Part shown: positions 49,850 to 60,875 of the stretch, in pieces
Numbering within the stretch: the stretch's first letter is position 1
How the letters are laid out: every line of letters begins with the position of its first letter
Assembly: GCA_002269645.1 (NCBI GenBank)
Contig: NIVC01000992.1
Span: 248,001-312,000 of the forward strand
Direction of reading: 5' to 3'
DNA from: Macrostomum lignano
Lineage: Eukaryota
DNA: 64,000 nucleotides
Translations under genes and position numbers: made by a program
Notes under the pieces: model-generated
Seen by the model: the letters and a program-made list of their open reading frames with translations, nothing else
Told to the model about the DNA's origin: nothing
Database searches by the model: none

Positions 49850-50375
49850 AGGGGTGGAGAAGAGGTTGGAGACAACAAAGAAAAGGTAGGAGGGAACGGA
49901 AAGGAGGTAAAAGGGAGCGGAGGTAGGAGGGAGCGGTGAGGAGGTAGGAGGGAGCGGAGGAGGTAGGAGGGAGCGGTGAGGAGGTAAGAGGGAGCGGAGG
50001 AGGTAGGAGGGAGCGGTGAGGAGGTAAGAGGGAGCGGTGAGGAGGTAGGAGGGAGCGGAGGAGGTAGGAGGGAGCGGTGAGGAGGTAGGAGGGAGCGGTG
50101 AGGAGGTAGGAGGGAGCGGTGAGGAGGTAAGAGGGAGCGGAGGAGGTAGGAGGGAGCGGTGAGGAGGTAGGAGGGAGCGGTGAGGAGGTAAGAGGGAGCG
50201 GAGGAGGTAGGAGGGAGCGGTGAGGAGGTAGGAGGAAGCGGGGAGGAGGTAGGAGGGAGCGGAGAGGAGAGGATAGGAGTGAGCGGAGAGGAGGTAGGAG
50301 TGAGCGGAGATATGAGCGGAGGAGGTAGGGAGGGAGCGGAGAGGAGATAGGAGGGAGCGGAGAGGAGTTAGGAGG
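49850..50375 (+). repeat. 21-bp purine-rich minisatellite (GGAGGGAGCGGTGAGGAGGTA) 3' of TAF9
   Basis: Direct reading. Confidence 0.93.
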
Positions 50376-50494
50376 AATAAAATACCGGAATAAAAACGAA
50401 GGAAAAGAATGAAGCCAGTGAAGTAAGAAGACAGCTCGCATTATCGAGCAGGTTGCAGAGTGAAAAGATTGATATCTAGAATGCGGGACAATCA

Positions 50495-51097
50495 TTAATC
50501 AGCCTCGGTAAACTTCCGTTTCAATGTGCCACTACCGGTTGTCGGAGCTGATGATCTGGCAGACGACCTGGCCGACGGCGTCGACACCAGCCTGTGTCCG
50601 ACCGCGCCAGATCTGCTGCCGCCAGCGCCAGACGCAACCACAGCCGCCCTGGCCTCGGCTTTGCGCAGCTTAGCCTTATAATTTGGCTGGGTTAAGCAAA
50701 ACTTCTCAGGCGGCAAACGGACTCCGCAATAAGTTTTAATTGGCGGCAATAGTTGAGCATTTTTTGTCTGAGCCACCTCGGTCAGCAGTTCACGAGGCGG
50801 CGGCGACACCAGATCTAAGTCGGCGTGACAGGCGGACGCTAGTTTTAAATCTTCTAAATCTACAGATTTCTTGCCAGCGTGTTGAGCATAAGCCCTGGCA
50901 TCGTCCAGCAGGTCAGTGCAGTACCGGTACATGAACTCTACCAGCTGCTGCACCACGGCCGGCTCGTAGTCAAACACGCCGCATTCGTTTAGCAATCGTT
51001 TAACAGTTTGTACATCGACAGAATCAGTCGCAACTGAATCTGTTGTGGCAGAATTTGAAGAAGCTGTCGACTGCTGTTGCTGCTTCTGGTTGCTCAT
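50495..51097 (-). CDS. TAF9: Transcription initiation factor TFIID subunit 9 (histone fold), 200 aa, intronless
   Basis: VKRLLNECGVFDYEPAVVQQLVEFMYRYCTDLLDDARAYAQHAGKKSVDLEDLKLA..PPPRELL..KNAQLLPPIK..GVRLPPEKFCLTQPNY is the TFIID-31kDa/TAF9 signature. The ATG at 51097 follows the acceptor-like attctctttactccAG; the track's 51136 start is probably an upstream extension. Confidence 0.95.
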   Translation of the reverse strand: MSNQKQQQQSTASSNSATTDSVATDSVDVQTVKRLLNECGVFDYEPAVVQQLVEFMYRYCTDLLDDARAYAQHAGKKSVDLEDLKLASACHADLDLVSPPPRELLTEVAQTKNAQLLPPIKTYCGVRLPPEKFCLTQPNYKAKLRKAEARAAVVASGAGGSRSGAVGHRLVSTPSARSSARSSAPTTGSGTLKRKFTEAD

Positions 51098-52649
51098 TTT
51101 AACTGGAGTAAAGAGAATGCAACAATAATACTGCACGTCTGCAAAACTTAACTATTAATATGATGGGTTTGATAAACATTTGTAAAGACACTTGTTGAAC
51201 TGCTAAAAATTAGTTTTAAACTGCCAGTAAGATTTCTACGTGAGTGCTTATCAATACTGAGTATGAGTATGTATGAGAAGTAGGCAGTGCAGTCACATTA
51301 ATCCATATACTTACCCTATATACTAAAAATGGGTTGTCTCTATAAAAGAAGTATCATGTCAAACACAAAAGAAGCATCATGTTAGACATAAAATATTCAT
51401 TTGGGAATCAAAAAGATTTCAAGGTTTGGACAATTGCTATAATGTAGTGACTTTTGGGGAGAATTGCAGATGTCAAGGCTTATGGAGGGAATCAAGATGT
51501 CAAAGATTATAGGGGGGGGGATTGCTCAGATATCAAGGCTAAGAGATCAAAAGTTACATTTAGTTTATTAAAAATGATTCCATTCTTTGTTGGCTTTCAA
51601 TAGGGGGGGGGGGCACTGATTGCTAGAGGTATCAAAAATATTTTGCTTGAGTCTCCAAACCCAGGGATTGAAAAAAGTTTCCTTTACAACAGCTTTGAAA
51701 CTAATAGCACTAAATACCCCCATATGACTTATATATTTGATCTAAAAACCTCTATATCTATAGCATCCTATAGACAACTAGCTATATTTTATAACTAGAG
51801 TCAAACTTTACAATTAATAGAAACCTTAAAATCTCAAGAATCCCAATAGTTATATTATTTATATATCAAATGAAACCTCAATTATAAAAAATAATTACTT
51901 ATTCTAACATCTAGCTTGGTAAACAATGTGCCAATATAGCATTTGGGGTTCAAGTTCAAATTTAGGGTACCAAAATTTAAGCTGATATGTTATGATATAA
52001 GTTATAACATAAAAATTAGCTTTTAAACTTCTTTATTATTATAGGCTTTATAGTAACTTGAATAATTTAAACTACTATGGTGCTTATACATTTTTCATTG
52101 GCAATAATCTTACAAAAGCTCTTTTGACACAAAACTCTTTAAAAGAGCTACATAAACAAGTTGTAAAATATGTTAGAGCTAGGGCCTAAGATAAATGTAT
52201 TTTTTAATGTTCAAACTTTTTAGGCACTAGCTCTAAGAATATCTAAATGAATAAATAGACAATACTAGGGGCCTAGATTTACATTTTAGTTTAGTCACAA
52301 AATTGCCATACATAATTAGCTATCAAACTTTTGCCACTAAGTGTTATAACTTAGGACCTAATGTATGCTTATATATATTTATTTTTGGAAGTTTAAAAAT
52401 TTGAATAACTGATAAAATGATCAAATTGGTAAACATGGCTCTTAACAGATATTAGTAGATAAGAAAGTGGTAGACAAAATATAGCAAACAAAATCCATGT
52501 CAACCCTAAGAACATATTGCTTATAGTTATAACATAAAAATGTTTTGTTGCAAAAGACAATATATGCTTCTTTGGAAATTGATGAAGCCTAAATATATAG
52601 ACATATAAAGAAATATAGAGAAATTATTCAAAAAAGTTTTTTAGGTAAG

Positions 52650-53140
52650 TCACAAGCAGTGGTCCCACTTATTTGCACCAATTTTTTGTGCCTAGAACTA
52701 ATTTTGCTTAATAGAACTGACCTTAGGGAGATATGCATGGTCCTAACTAGCCAATGCCATAGTTTCTTCCAGAGACATATCTCGTTGCAAACTGGTTGCC
52801 TTCCCACCTGTTCTTTGTGTGGCATTGGAGAGGAGACCGCGGAGCATCATATCACCTTCTACCCATACTTCAACAAGGCGTAGCATAAATACCTTGGCCA
52901 TCCTCAGTGGATGGACAAGCTGACCACCCCGGACAATATCCATGACCTTTGCGCCTTCATCTGGGACTCCAGCTAGATGAGGGTCGCTGATGCCATTGCA
53001 AACCTGCCGACTACTGGCAGGGACTGGGCACACCCCAGGGTTAATCATTGTGCTCTTTTACCTTGGGGTTGCAATAGGGGCCTTGCAGCCTATTTGTGGC
53101 ACCTACACCCCCTGTTAGTAGTAAGTAAATAAGTAAATTC
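52650..53140 (+). mobile_element. Decayed 3' end of a non-LTR retrotransposon ORF2 (C-terminal CCHC-type knuckle)
   Basis: [53 protein letters not shown] resembles the LTGH..C..C..E..EH...C tail of RNase H-bearing non-LTR clades (I/R1/Loa type). It has an internal stop and ends in a short (TAAG/TAAA)n tail. Confidence 0.7.
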
Positions 53141-53417
53141 TTGCACCATTAATTACTTTTTGTCCTTGGCAGTATTGACACTTCTTTGGTTATGAATTAT
53201 AGTAGGCATATATTACCAACTCCAAAATTTTACCAAGCTTTATAACTTATTTCTGACCAAAAATGTGACTTACCTATGAAAAAATCTAAAGCAAAATAAT
53301 GTGGCTTCGGATAAATAATAGGAGTAACTATGACTATGACTATGTATTTTAAAAGCTAGATACCTTATCATCTAATGAGTACTACGTTTGGATTTTTCTA
53401 GGTCAGCATTTTTGCAA

Positions 53418-53555
53418 CTTACCTTGGCTAGAGCTCTTGTCACCTAGCCAAATCAACTAGGTTAGGCCTTAGCCAGGTACTGGGCATATATGACAGTATA
53501 CATTCAAAACTTTTCATATATAACCTTGTACCATAGTCAGAAAAATGGCCTTTTT
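53418..53555 (+). repeat. 138-bp direct repeat, copy 1 (copy 2 at 60738-60875)
   Basis: CTTACCTTGGCTAGAGCTC...AAAAATGGCCTTTTT; two mismatches between the copies. Confidence 0.9.
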
Positions 53556-55664
53556 CACAGAAAATTCTAGCATAATAGATAGTTTGATATGTGCCATGCT
53601 GGCATATTCTGGAGCAACAATAGGCAAAGGAGAAAAATATAGCACCCCTATAGGAAAAATTTGTAAATCTGCGGACAGCATCTAGCGCACTTTTGAAATT
53701 TTTCTAAAATCACTAAATATATACTAATTTCTGCTACATATACATGTATTTCATTTTGCATAAGCAGTAAATCAAATGTAAAAAGTGAGTATTGGTCATA
53801 CTAAACTTTGTTTTTCTGCATTTTGATTTCAGAAAATTTCAATTTTGAGTTTGGAAAGTTAACCAATTTTGATTTTGAGGAAGGCAGTGACTATTCATCC
53901 AGTATCGGGTGAACAATGTGGATATTATTCGTCCGGTACCGGGTGAATAATGTCGTTTTTATTTGTCCGGTAGCATTTAACAAAAGGAATGATGGTTGTT
54001 GACCGAAAATTTGTACATGCGCAATTGAAATTAATTTGCATCACTTCTTGTTATTCATGCTTAAATCTTCTGTTCCAGCTATTAAGCATGTCGTAACAAT
54101 GATCCTTCGCGATACAGGACGCTACATTTTTTTAATTGTATTACGAAGTTGCGAAGTTGCATTGTAGTGAACGGGGAGGTTGTAAATTCTGATCATTTGA
54201 CTGATATAAAACATCAAACTTTGACAGACATGAACGGTATGTGACAGCACAGCAGAATTTAGATTTGTTGAGGACCTAGTGAATGCATCAAGACGCATTT
54301 GATAAAGTAGTAAAGCTAGTATGCTGTGTGTGTCTCTATTGATATTAGTTTTTTGCCAAGCCATAAACATTCTATATTGATCGCCACTTATTAGATCAGA
54401 ATATCAGAAGGCAATGAGCATGCAGGTCGAACTTTTTGAATACTAATTAAAACTAGCTACAAATATGTCCATCAACCAATTCTGCCGCCAGTGGGCCAAG
54501 AAAATTTAGTCTTTTATATGCGTCTGTATTGTGAGTATGTGGGCACAATGTCTCAGGACTGTTGCTTATGTTTTCAGATGCAGTATCCTATATAGTCTTT
54601 GCACAGTTATAGGCATATTTTTACTGGGCTACAAACTTGATTAGTGGGTTGAAAATTGAAAATTTAAATTAAATACTAGCTAGTACTATTATTTGCTATT
54701 GACTGTATGACAGTTACATGTAGCCTTATATTCCTATTTAAAATTGATACATTATAGTATTGATCCTTTCTAAGTTTAGCTGGTTTGTGCTACATGTAGA
54801 ACATGTACAGTAAGATTTGTTGTTTTGTGTGTGGTTTAGGCCTAGCCAATTTTTATTGCTTAGAACTTAAAAGTAAAAAAAAAACTTCTACCTGCTCCCT
54901 TATGCTCCCTGGCTAGACTGCTAGTATCAAGAGAGGAACACTGTATGACACTGTGATGCTTTAATGCTTTGACAACTGTAAATACAATCTGACATTATTT
55001 ACTGTAGATCTATCTGACACCATAAATTATTTGCATATCAACTACAAATGCATTTGACAGACACATTAATTGCACCAGCATAGTTGGTAATTCTTCTTAA
55101 TTTTTTTACTGTTTCTTACATACTTATTTTAAAACTGTGTGACAACATACTGAGCTATAACACCAGCTGTGAACTCCATCAACTTCAGCACCTAGCTGGT
55201 AGCTATTTCTAGCTAGGACATGCAGCAATATGGAATAATATAAATATAATTCTTAGTGGTGCACACATCCTTTCTCTTTTGTCTGCAGTTACTTATGAAA
55301 AGAATACAGGTAACATATTGGTAACAATTGAGGCTCATTTTGCACACCTACTCAATGTCAAAAATGGAATTGTGTATACCTATGTCCTATGGGGTGAGGA
55401 TACTATAAGATAATATTGCCCATAGGTTTTTTGGTAACAAAAATGTGAAACACAAAATTGAGTTTTCTGTGCCATTCAATTTGAAATTCCTTCAATTTAC
55501 CCATGTAGAAAGAATAGACAATTTCTGGTGCAGTGTTACAAAATTACATTCTTATACTCCATAGGATCCCAAGCCATTTAGTTATCTGATATACCAGGAT
55601 GTGTAAATATATGAATTAATTATGCATCCCTTTCAAATTTTACAGCCGAATCCTATGCCAGGCT

Positions 55665-58384
55665 ATGAACGATGAGGAGTCACAGTTTCATATGGGCCAA
55701 AAGTTTGGCTCATATGATGAGCTTCAACTGTTTGTCCATAGATATGAGAAGGCCAACAACACCCAGCTGTTCAAACATGACTCCAGGACGATTGCTGCTG
55801 CACAGTCACATGTACCCAATCGGACTCTGAATCCAAGTCTTAAGTACTATGAGATTGTCTTCAGATGCATACATTTTGGAGAATAGAAGCGCACATCCAA
55901 AGGATTTCGCCCAAAGCTTAAAGCTTTAAGATTTCGCTTAAAAGCCTGCAATTTTGGCAACAACACAAACAATTGAGTAGAGAGCTTGAACCAAAAGTTG
56001 AAGGCTGTCGTGCCGCACAACTCCAACTTTCTTTTGTTCATTCAACGCCTTCTGCAGTTCATTTCATTGACAAGAATGCAGTGGAACAGCAAGATTGCCA
56101 CGACTCTTTGCAAGACAACAGTTCATTCATTTGCTGATGGCTCCACTGAGGACAAGTTTGCCAAGCTGTTGACACCATACGTACTGGAGAAGGTGCTAAG
56201 AGAACTGGAGAAGGCCAATGCACCAATGGCTTCTGCTCTGGAGGAAACGACGTCCACAATCTGCGTCTGCCCCTTCCATCGGCATTTTGCGTTGCCCTGC
56301 AGACACATCTTCCAAAAGCGGAAGTCTGAGGACTTGGAGCTGTTTGCTCCGGAGCTTTGCCAGCAAAGGTGGACACTTGACTACTACAGGCAATGCCGCA
56401 TTGACGAGGAGATGGAGACTGACTCAGCAAGATCAGCGGCGTTCTCCTTTGTTGGCACAAATACCTCACGCCGCATCAAGTCATACCAAGACAGATACCG
56501 CGAGGCGTTTCGTGTGAGTTCTTAATTATTTAAATATGAAATCTGTACCGAGGAATGCACCTTGCCAAGTGGCAGGTACAGATTTTTTCTATCTCAATAG
56601 ATGCCTGTCCATCCAATAGGATAAAACCCAAGAATACTTGTGTTATTGGCCAATTGCCAAGGTTTAGCAAAGGGGGTGCATCAAAAAAGTTAAATTAGAA
56701 GCAACCTTTTCTGTGCTCATTACACTTGTCTATCATATTTGTCAAAATTGAAATCAGAAACGAAAGCAGCAGAGTTGCTGTCAGTCATGGGCGTTTAGAT
56801 GAAAAACATCCTGTCTACTACTACTACCCTCACCCTTTCTCCATTTCTCTGCACAACTTTCCACTCCTGTCTTCGTTTGTCTAAACAGCATTTATTGTTT
56901 TTTCACCTCGCGCAGGTAACAGAAATGATTGAAATAATAGTACAGTGGATAGAACAAGTAATTGGAAACTTGTTGAAACATGTTTCATAGCTGAAATGCA
57001 AGTTGTACTGTCATAGCCTCCTGATACATGTTTTGTAAATCAATCACTAACGCATTGTAGGTTGCACAGCAACTATCATCAATGGCTGCGGAAGCGACTA
57101 GAAGCGATTTCGAATCACGCATCAGTGTACTACAGACGCTTGAGCGTATGTGGTGGATTGGAAGGCACATAGAAGTCTACGACGCTGAGGTGGGCAATCG
57201 CATGCTGATCAACAGTTCCACCGCTTCTCTCAGGGCCAAGAATGCACCTCATGAAAATCCAGAGGTAGTCACATCGCTCGAAGTTCTCGAACTTGAGATT
57301 GACCCCTGGCCTCTGACGGACTCTGCCACCACCAGCCAATATCCTCCGCCTGTGCCAGCCGATGCCGCCGCCGGCGGGGGACCTCCACCTGTGCCAGCCA
57401 ATGCGACCATCAGTGTGGAACCTCCGCCTGTGCCAGTCGATGCCGCTGTCAGCGGGGGACCCCCACCTTTGCCAGCCGATGCCGCGATCAACGATGTTGA
57501 TCCGAGGCCTTCTTTACCAACTTCTCAGTTCCCTACTTTCAAACTTGTGAGACCTGTAAGACGTCGCGGTCACCCTAGGGGTGCGGACACCACTGTCATT
57601 GGCCTAAAATGGCACAAGCGTCCCCGACTGACGACATTCCAAGATCTAAGTCTTCGGACAAAAATGCTTGGTGAGTTCTGCTCCAGTGCATCTGAAATGC
57701 AAAAATATTCCCATGCTCTTTCCGCTTTATACAAGCTAGGTCGTATGAATTTCAGGGCACATGACTTACGTTAGTTTTTGAAAATTCTTCCATCGTATCC
57801 AAGTTTACGTGAATGCGAGCGCTTACTCTGTAGGCTGGTGGACCTGCTCCCGCACCACCAGATGCTACCATCCCGAAATTTATTGCTAGCCTCCAAGCGG
57901 CTTCCCAGCACAGTCAAATCTTACAGTGTCCGTTTGCTACGCCCATATAAACCTTAACTGAATATACTAGCATTACTTGAAAAATTTGTTTGTGCATCAT
58001 CTCTTTCCTACAGTTGCTCTGCTATGGATCACGGATTCAGCAGCTTCTGCTCAGAGGATTCTAGACAAAAAGTGCCTGCTGACCCTAGATGATCTTTGCA
58101 ATCCTCCGAGGCCTGTTCTGCGTGACAAAAGGCAGCAAATAGATGAGCTCGTGGCGCAGCTTTGCACTCCACAAGCTATCCGGCAAGTGCACCACAACAT
58201 CCAGAGACTGAATGCTACGAGCTGGCTGTGCAACTCCTGTCGTAAGGCCCTGGACTCTGCTCTGAGCATCGGTTGCGACTGCTGCCTCGCTTGGGTTCAC
58301 CTTTCCTGTGAAGGCCTGACTTCAGAACCAAGTGAATCATTTTACTTCTGCAAGGTGTGTCGCGGCTCTGTGTTGGTTGATTAG
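55665..58384 (+). pseudogene. Disabled MULE transposase-like gene (ZSWIM3/FAR1-like N-terminus, SWIM finger, Pro-rich spacer, C-terminal PHD finger)
   Basis: Exons 55665-56513, 57061-57670, 58014-58384 with GT-AG sites and matching phases. In-frame stops: TAG 55884-55886 and TGA 55974-55976. SWIM: CVCPFHRHFALPCRH. PHD: CNSC..IGCDCCLAWVHLSCEGL..YFCKVC. NNTNN*VES matches the post-DDE motif of MULE transposases, but no DDE core is present. Confidence 0.85.
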
Positions 58385-58939
58385 GGTTTTCCCCCACCGG
58401 AGCAGTGAATAAGAACTATTTACATATACGAGCATGACTTATGCACGGCACTGACTGCCCTAATAGTATGTATTTCTTATGGACTATGAGTACATGTAAG
58501 TCTCAATAGGTAACATACAGTAACATAGCCATAGCGAAGGATACGAAATAAGGAAAGAGAAGTACTTATGAAGGACTGCGACACTTGGTGTTTTACCTAT
58601 ACTTCAAGAGCTGCAATAACAGCTAGTTTCTCTCTTTGCCTCCGAATATAAGGCACATGCACACGCTAACTGTTGCCGCGTTTTATTATATTTTATATGA
58701 TATTTACAGTCGTCCCTATGTCAAATCAATCACCTCAACGTATCAATTCTGTAACTGCTGATATCTTGCACATGCTGTAATTACATGTACTTCAATCCAC
58801 TATTTTCTTCGTGCGCTATAGTATATATAATTAGTAGTGTTGCCAACTTTGCTATTCGCATGCATGAGCTTTTGAATGCTTGTGCATGTATTTACATCTA
58901 AAATACATGAATACATGAGCTGAAAGACATACAGAAAAA

Positions 58940-59013
58940 AGAAAAAGAAAGAGAGGGGGAACAGATAAGAGAGACAGGTGACAGAGAGGAGAGAGACAGA
59001 GACAGACAGACAG

Positions 59014-59082
<69 letters not shown>

Positions 59083-59088
59083 CAGACA

Positions 59089-59149
<61 letters not shown>

Positions 59150-59362
59150 GGAGAGAGAGACAGACAGACAGAGAGAGAGAGAGTGAGTGAGAAAGAGAGA
59201 GACAGATGGACAGAGAGAGAGAGACACAAATAGACGGAGAGAGAAAGAGAGAGAGAATGAGTGAGTGAGTGAGAGAGAGAGAGAAAGAGAAACAGAGAGA
59301 CAAAGAGAGAGAGAGCCAGAAAGAGATAGATAGAGACAGAGAAAGAGAAAGAGAGAGAGAGA
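58940..59362 (+). repeat. (GA)n microsatellite inside the MULE
   Basis: Direct reading. Confidence 0.95.
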
Positions 59363-60737
59363 GGAATTTCTTATTCGCTTTTTGCTGTAAGGTTAATTCA
59401 TCAGAGTGCAAAATTAGCTTCCCTATACCTGCCTTTGTCTTGCCACTTCTTGTTATTTAGTGTCAATCCTATTGTAATCAAGTTGAGCCTCTTTCTCAGG
59501 CTTTCCTCTAATTTTTCTGGTTGTAACGTCTAAGACTACGGGAACAAGTCATCCTCATAGCATTGGGGCTATTTCGATGTGCACTACATATATTTGCAGC
59601 TGCATGTTTTTTCATCTCATGAGTAGCTGCATGTACATTGGCTCAAGTTTCTTTGTGCTTGATGGTGAAGGTTCATCGATCCATTGAATTGTTGTCTTAT
59701 GCGTGTGTATACATAGATTGCATGGAAATTTTCAAACCCCAAATTTCACACAAAGTGCATGGTGGTTTGTGTGCAAGCGACAGTAGGCTGCAGCACAGCG
59801 CGCATTGAAAAGCACTGTGTATCTGAATTCTGAAGAGAACCTCTTGATCTCCATTTTACACTTTTATATGAACCATCGGCTTTCATACTATACATGTAAA
59901 GCTATCATAAATGAAACTTAAATACGATGGACGTAGCCTTTTATCTCCTGAGTGGTAAAAATATCAACCTACAATTAATCTTTGGTTATGGAAGCAAATT
60001 CACATGCATGTACACTGTAGAGCGTCCCTATTTCATGTGTTTACATTTTACTACTTAAATATGCACAGACATACATGTACCGTGCATTTAACGTAACTTC
60101 TGTACCCAAAGAACCAGAGAGAGAGGGAGAGAGAGACAGAGAGAGACAGAGAGAGATGGGGATATTCACCCCAGTACCGGACAGTATATTAATTTCTGTT
60201 TAGTTTACACAATTCAAAAAATGTAGCATCCTGTATCGCGAAGGATCATTGTTACGACATGCTTAATAGCTGGAACAGAAGATTTAAGCATGAATAACAA
60301 GAAGTGATGCAAATTAATTTCAATTGCGCATGTACAAATTTTCGGTCAACAACCATCATTCCTTTTGTTAAATGCTACCGGAGGAATAAAAACGACATTA
60401 TTCACCTGGTACCGGACGAATAATATCCACATTGTTCACCCGATACCGGATGAATAGTCACTGCCTTCGAGGAAACTGCTCTTTTGGGACATCTCTAATA
60501 ATCCTAAAGTGCGGGAAAATAATTTGACTCTATTCTAAAGTGTGCATCCGCGGGTTTTCAACATTTATTCCAATAGGGTCTAGCACAATATAGTGCAAGA
60601 CAAAAAATTGGTATAGGGCCTAATTTGGTGCAAGACAAAAACTTTTGACAAGACAATATTTTCTCTGACAAAGAATTAGCCTATAATTTCTTTTTATTAG
60701 CACTTTAAGTTTTTTGGTATAGCCTATAGCAAATAGC

Positions 60738-60875
60738 CTTACCTTGGCTAGAGCTCTTGTCACCTAGCCAAATCAACTAGGTTAGGCCTTAGCCAGGTAC
60801 TAGGCATATATGACAGTATACATTCAAAACTTTTCATATATAACCTTATACCATAGTCAGAAAAATGGCCTTTTT
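60738..60875 (+). repeat. 138-bp direct repeat, copy 2
   Basis: Matches 53418-53555. Confidence 0.9.

Larger units (their letters stand above)
53880..60468 (+). mobile_element. Mutator-like (MULE) DNA transposon, 6589 bp, 259-bp terminal inverted repeats, non-autonomous
   Basis: 53880-54138 is the near-perfect reverse complement of 60210-60468 (termini GAAGGCAGTG...CACTGCCTTC). The element contains a SWIM/PHD gene. GAG flanks both ends. Confidence 0.9.

Noticed and set aside
51098-51136. Track start of TAF9 at 51136 (MQYYCCILFTPVK)
   Set aside because: This stretch is the polypyrimidine/AG acceptor; the ATG at 51097 gives a more plausible N-terminus.
53418-60875. Direct repeats read as LTRs of a retrotransposon
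   Set aside because: No TG..CA termini, PBS, PPT or gag/pol; the interior is a TIR element.
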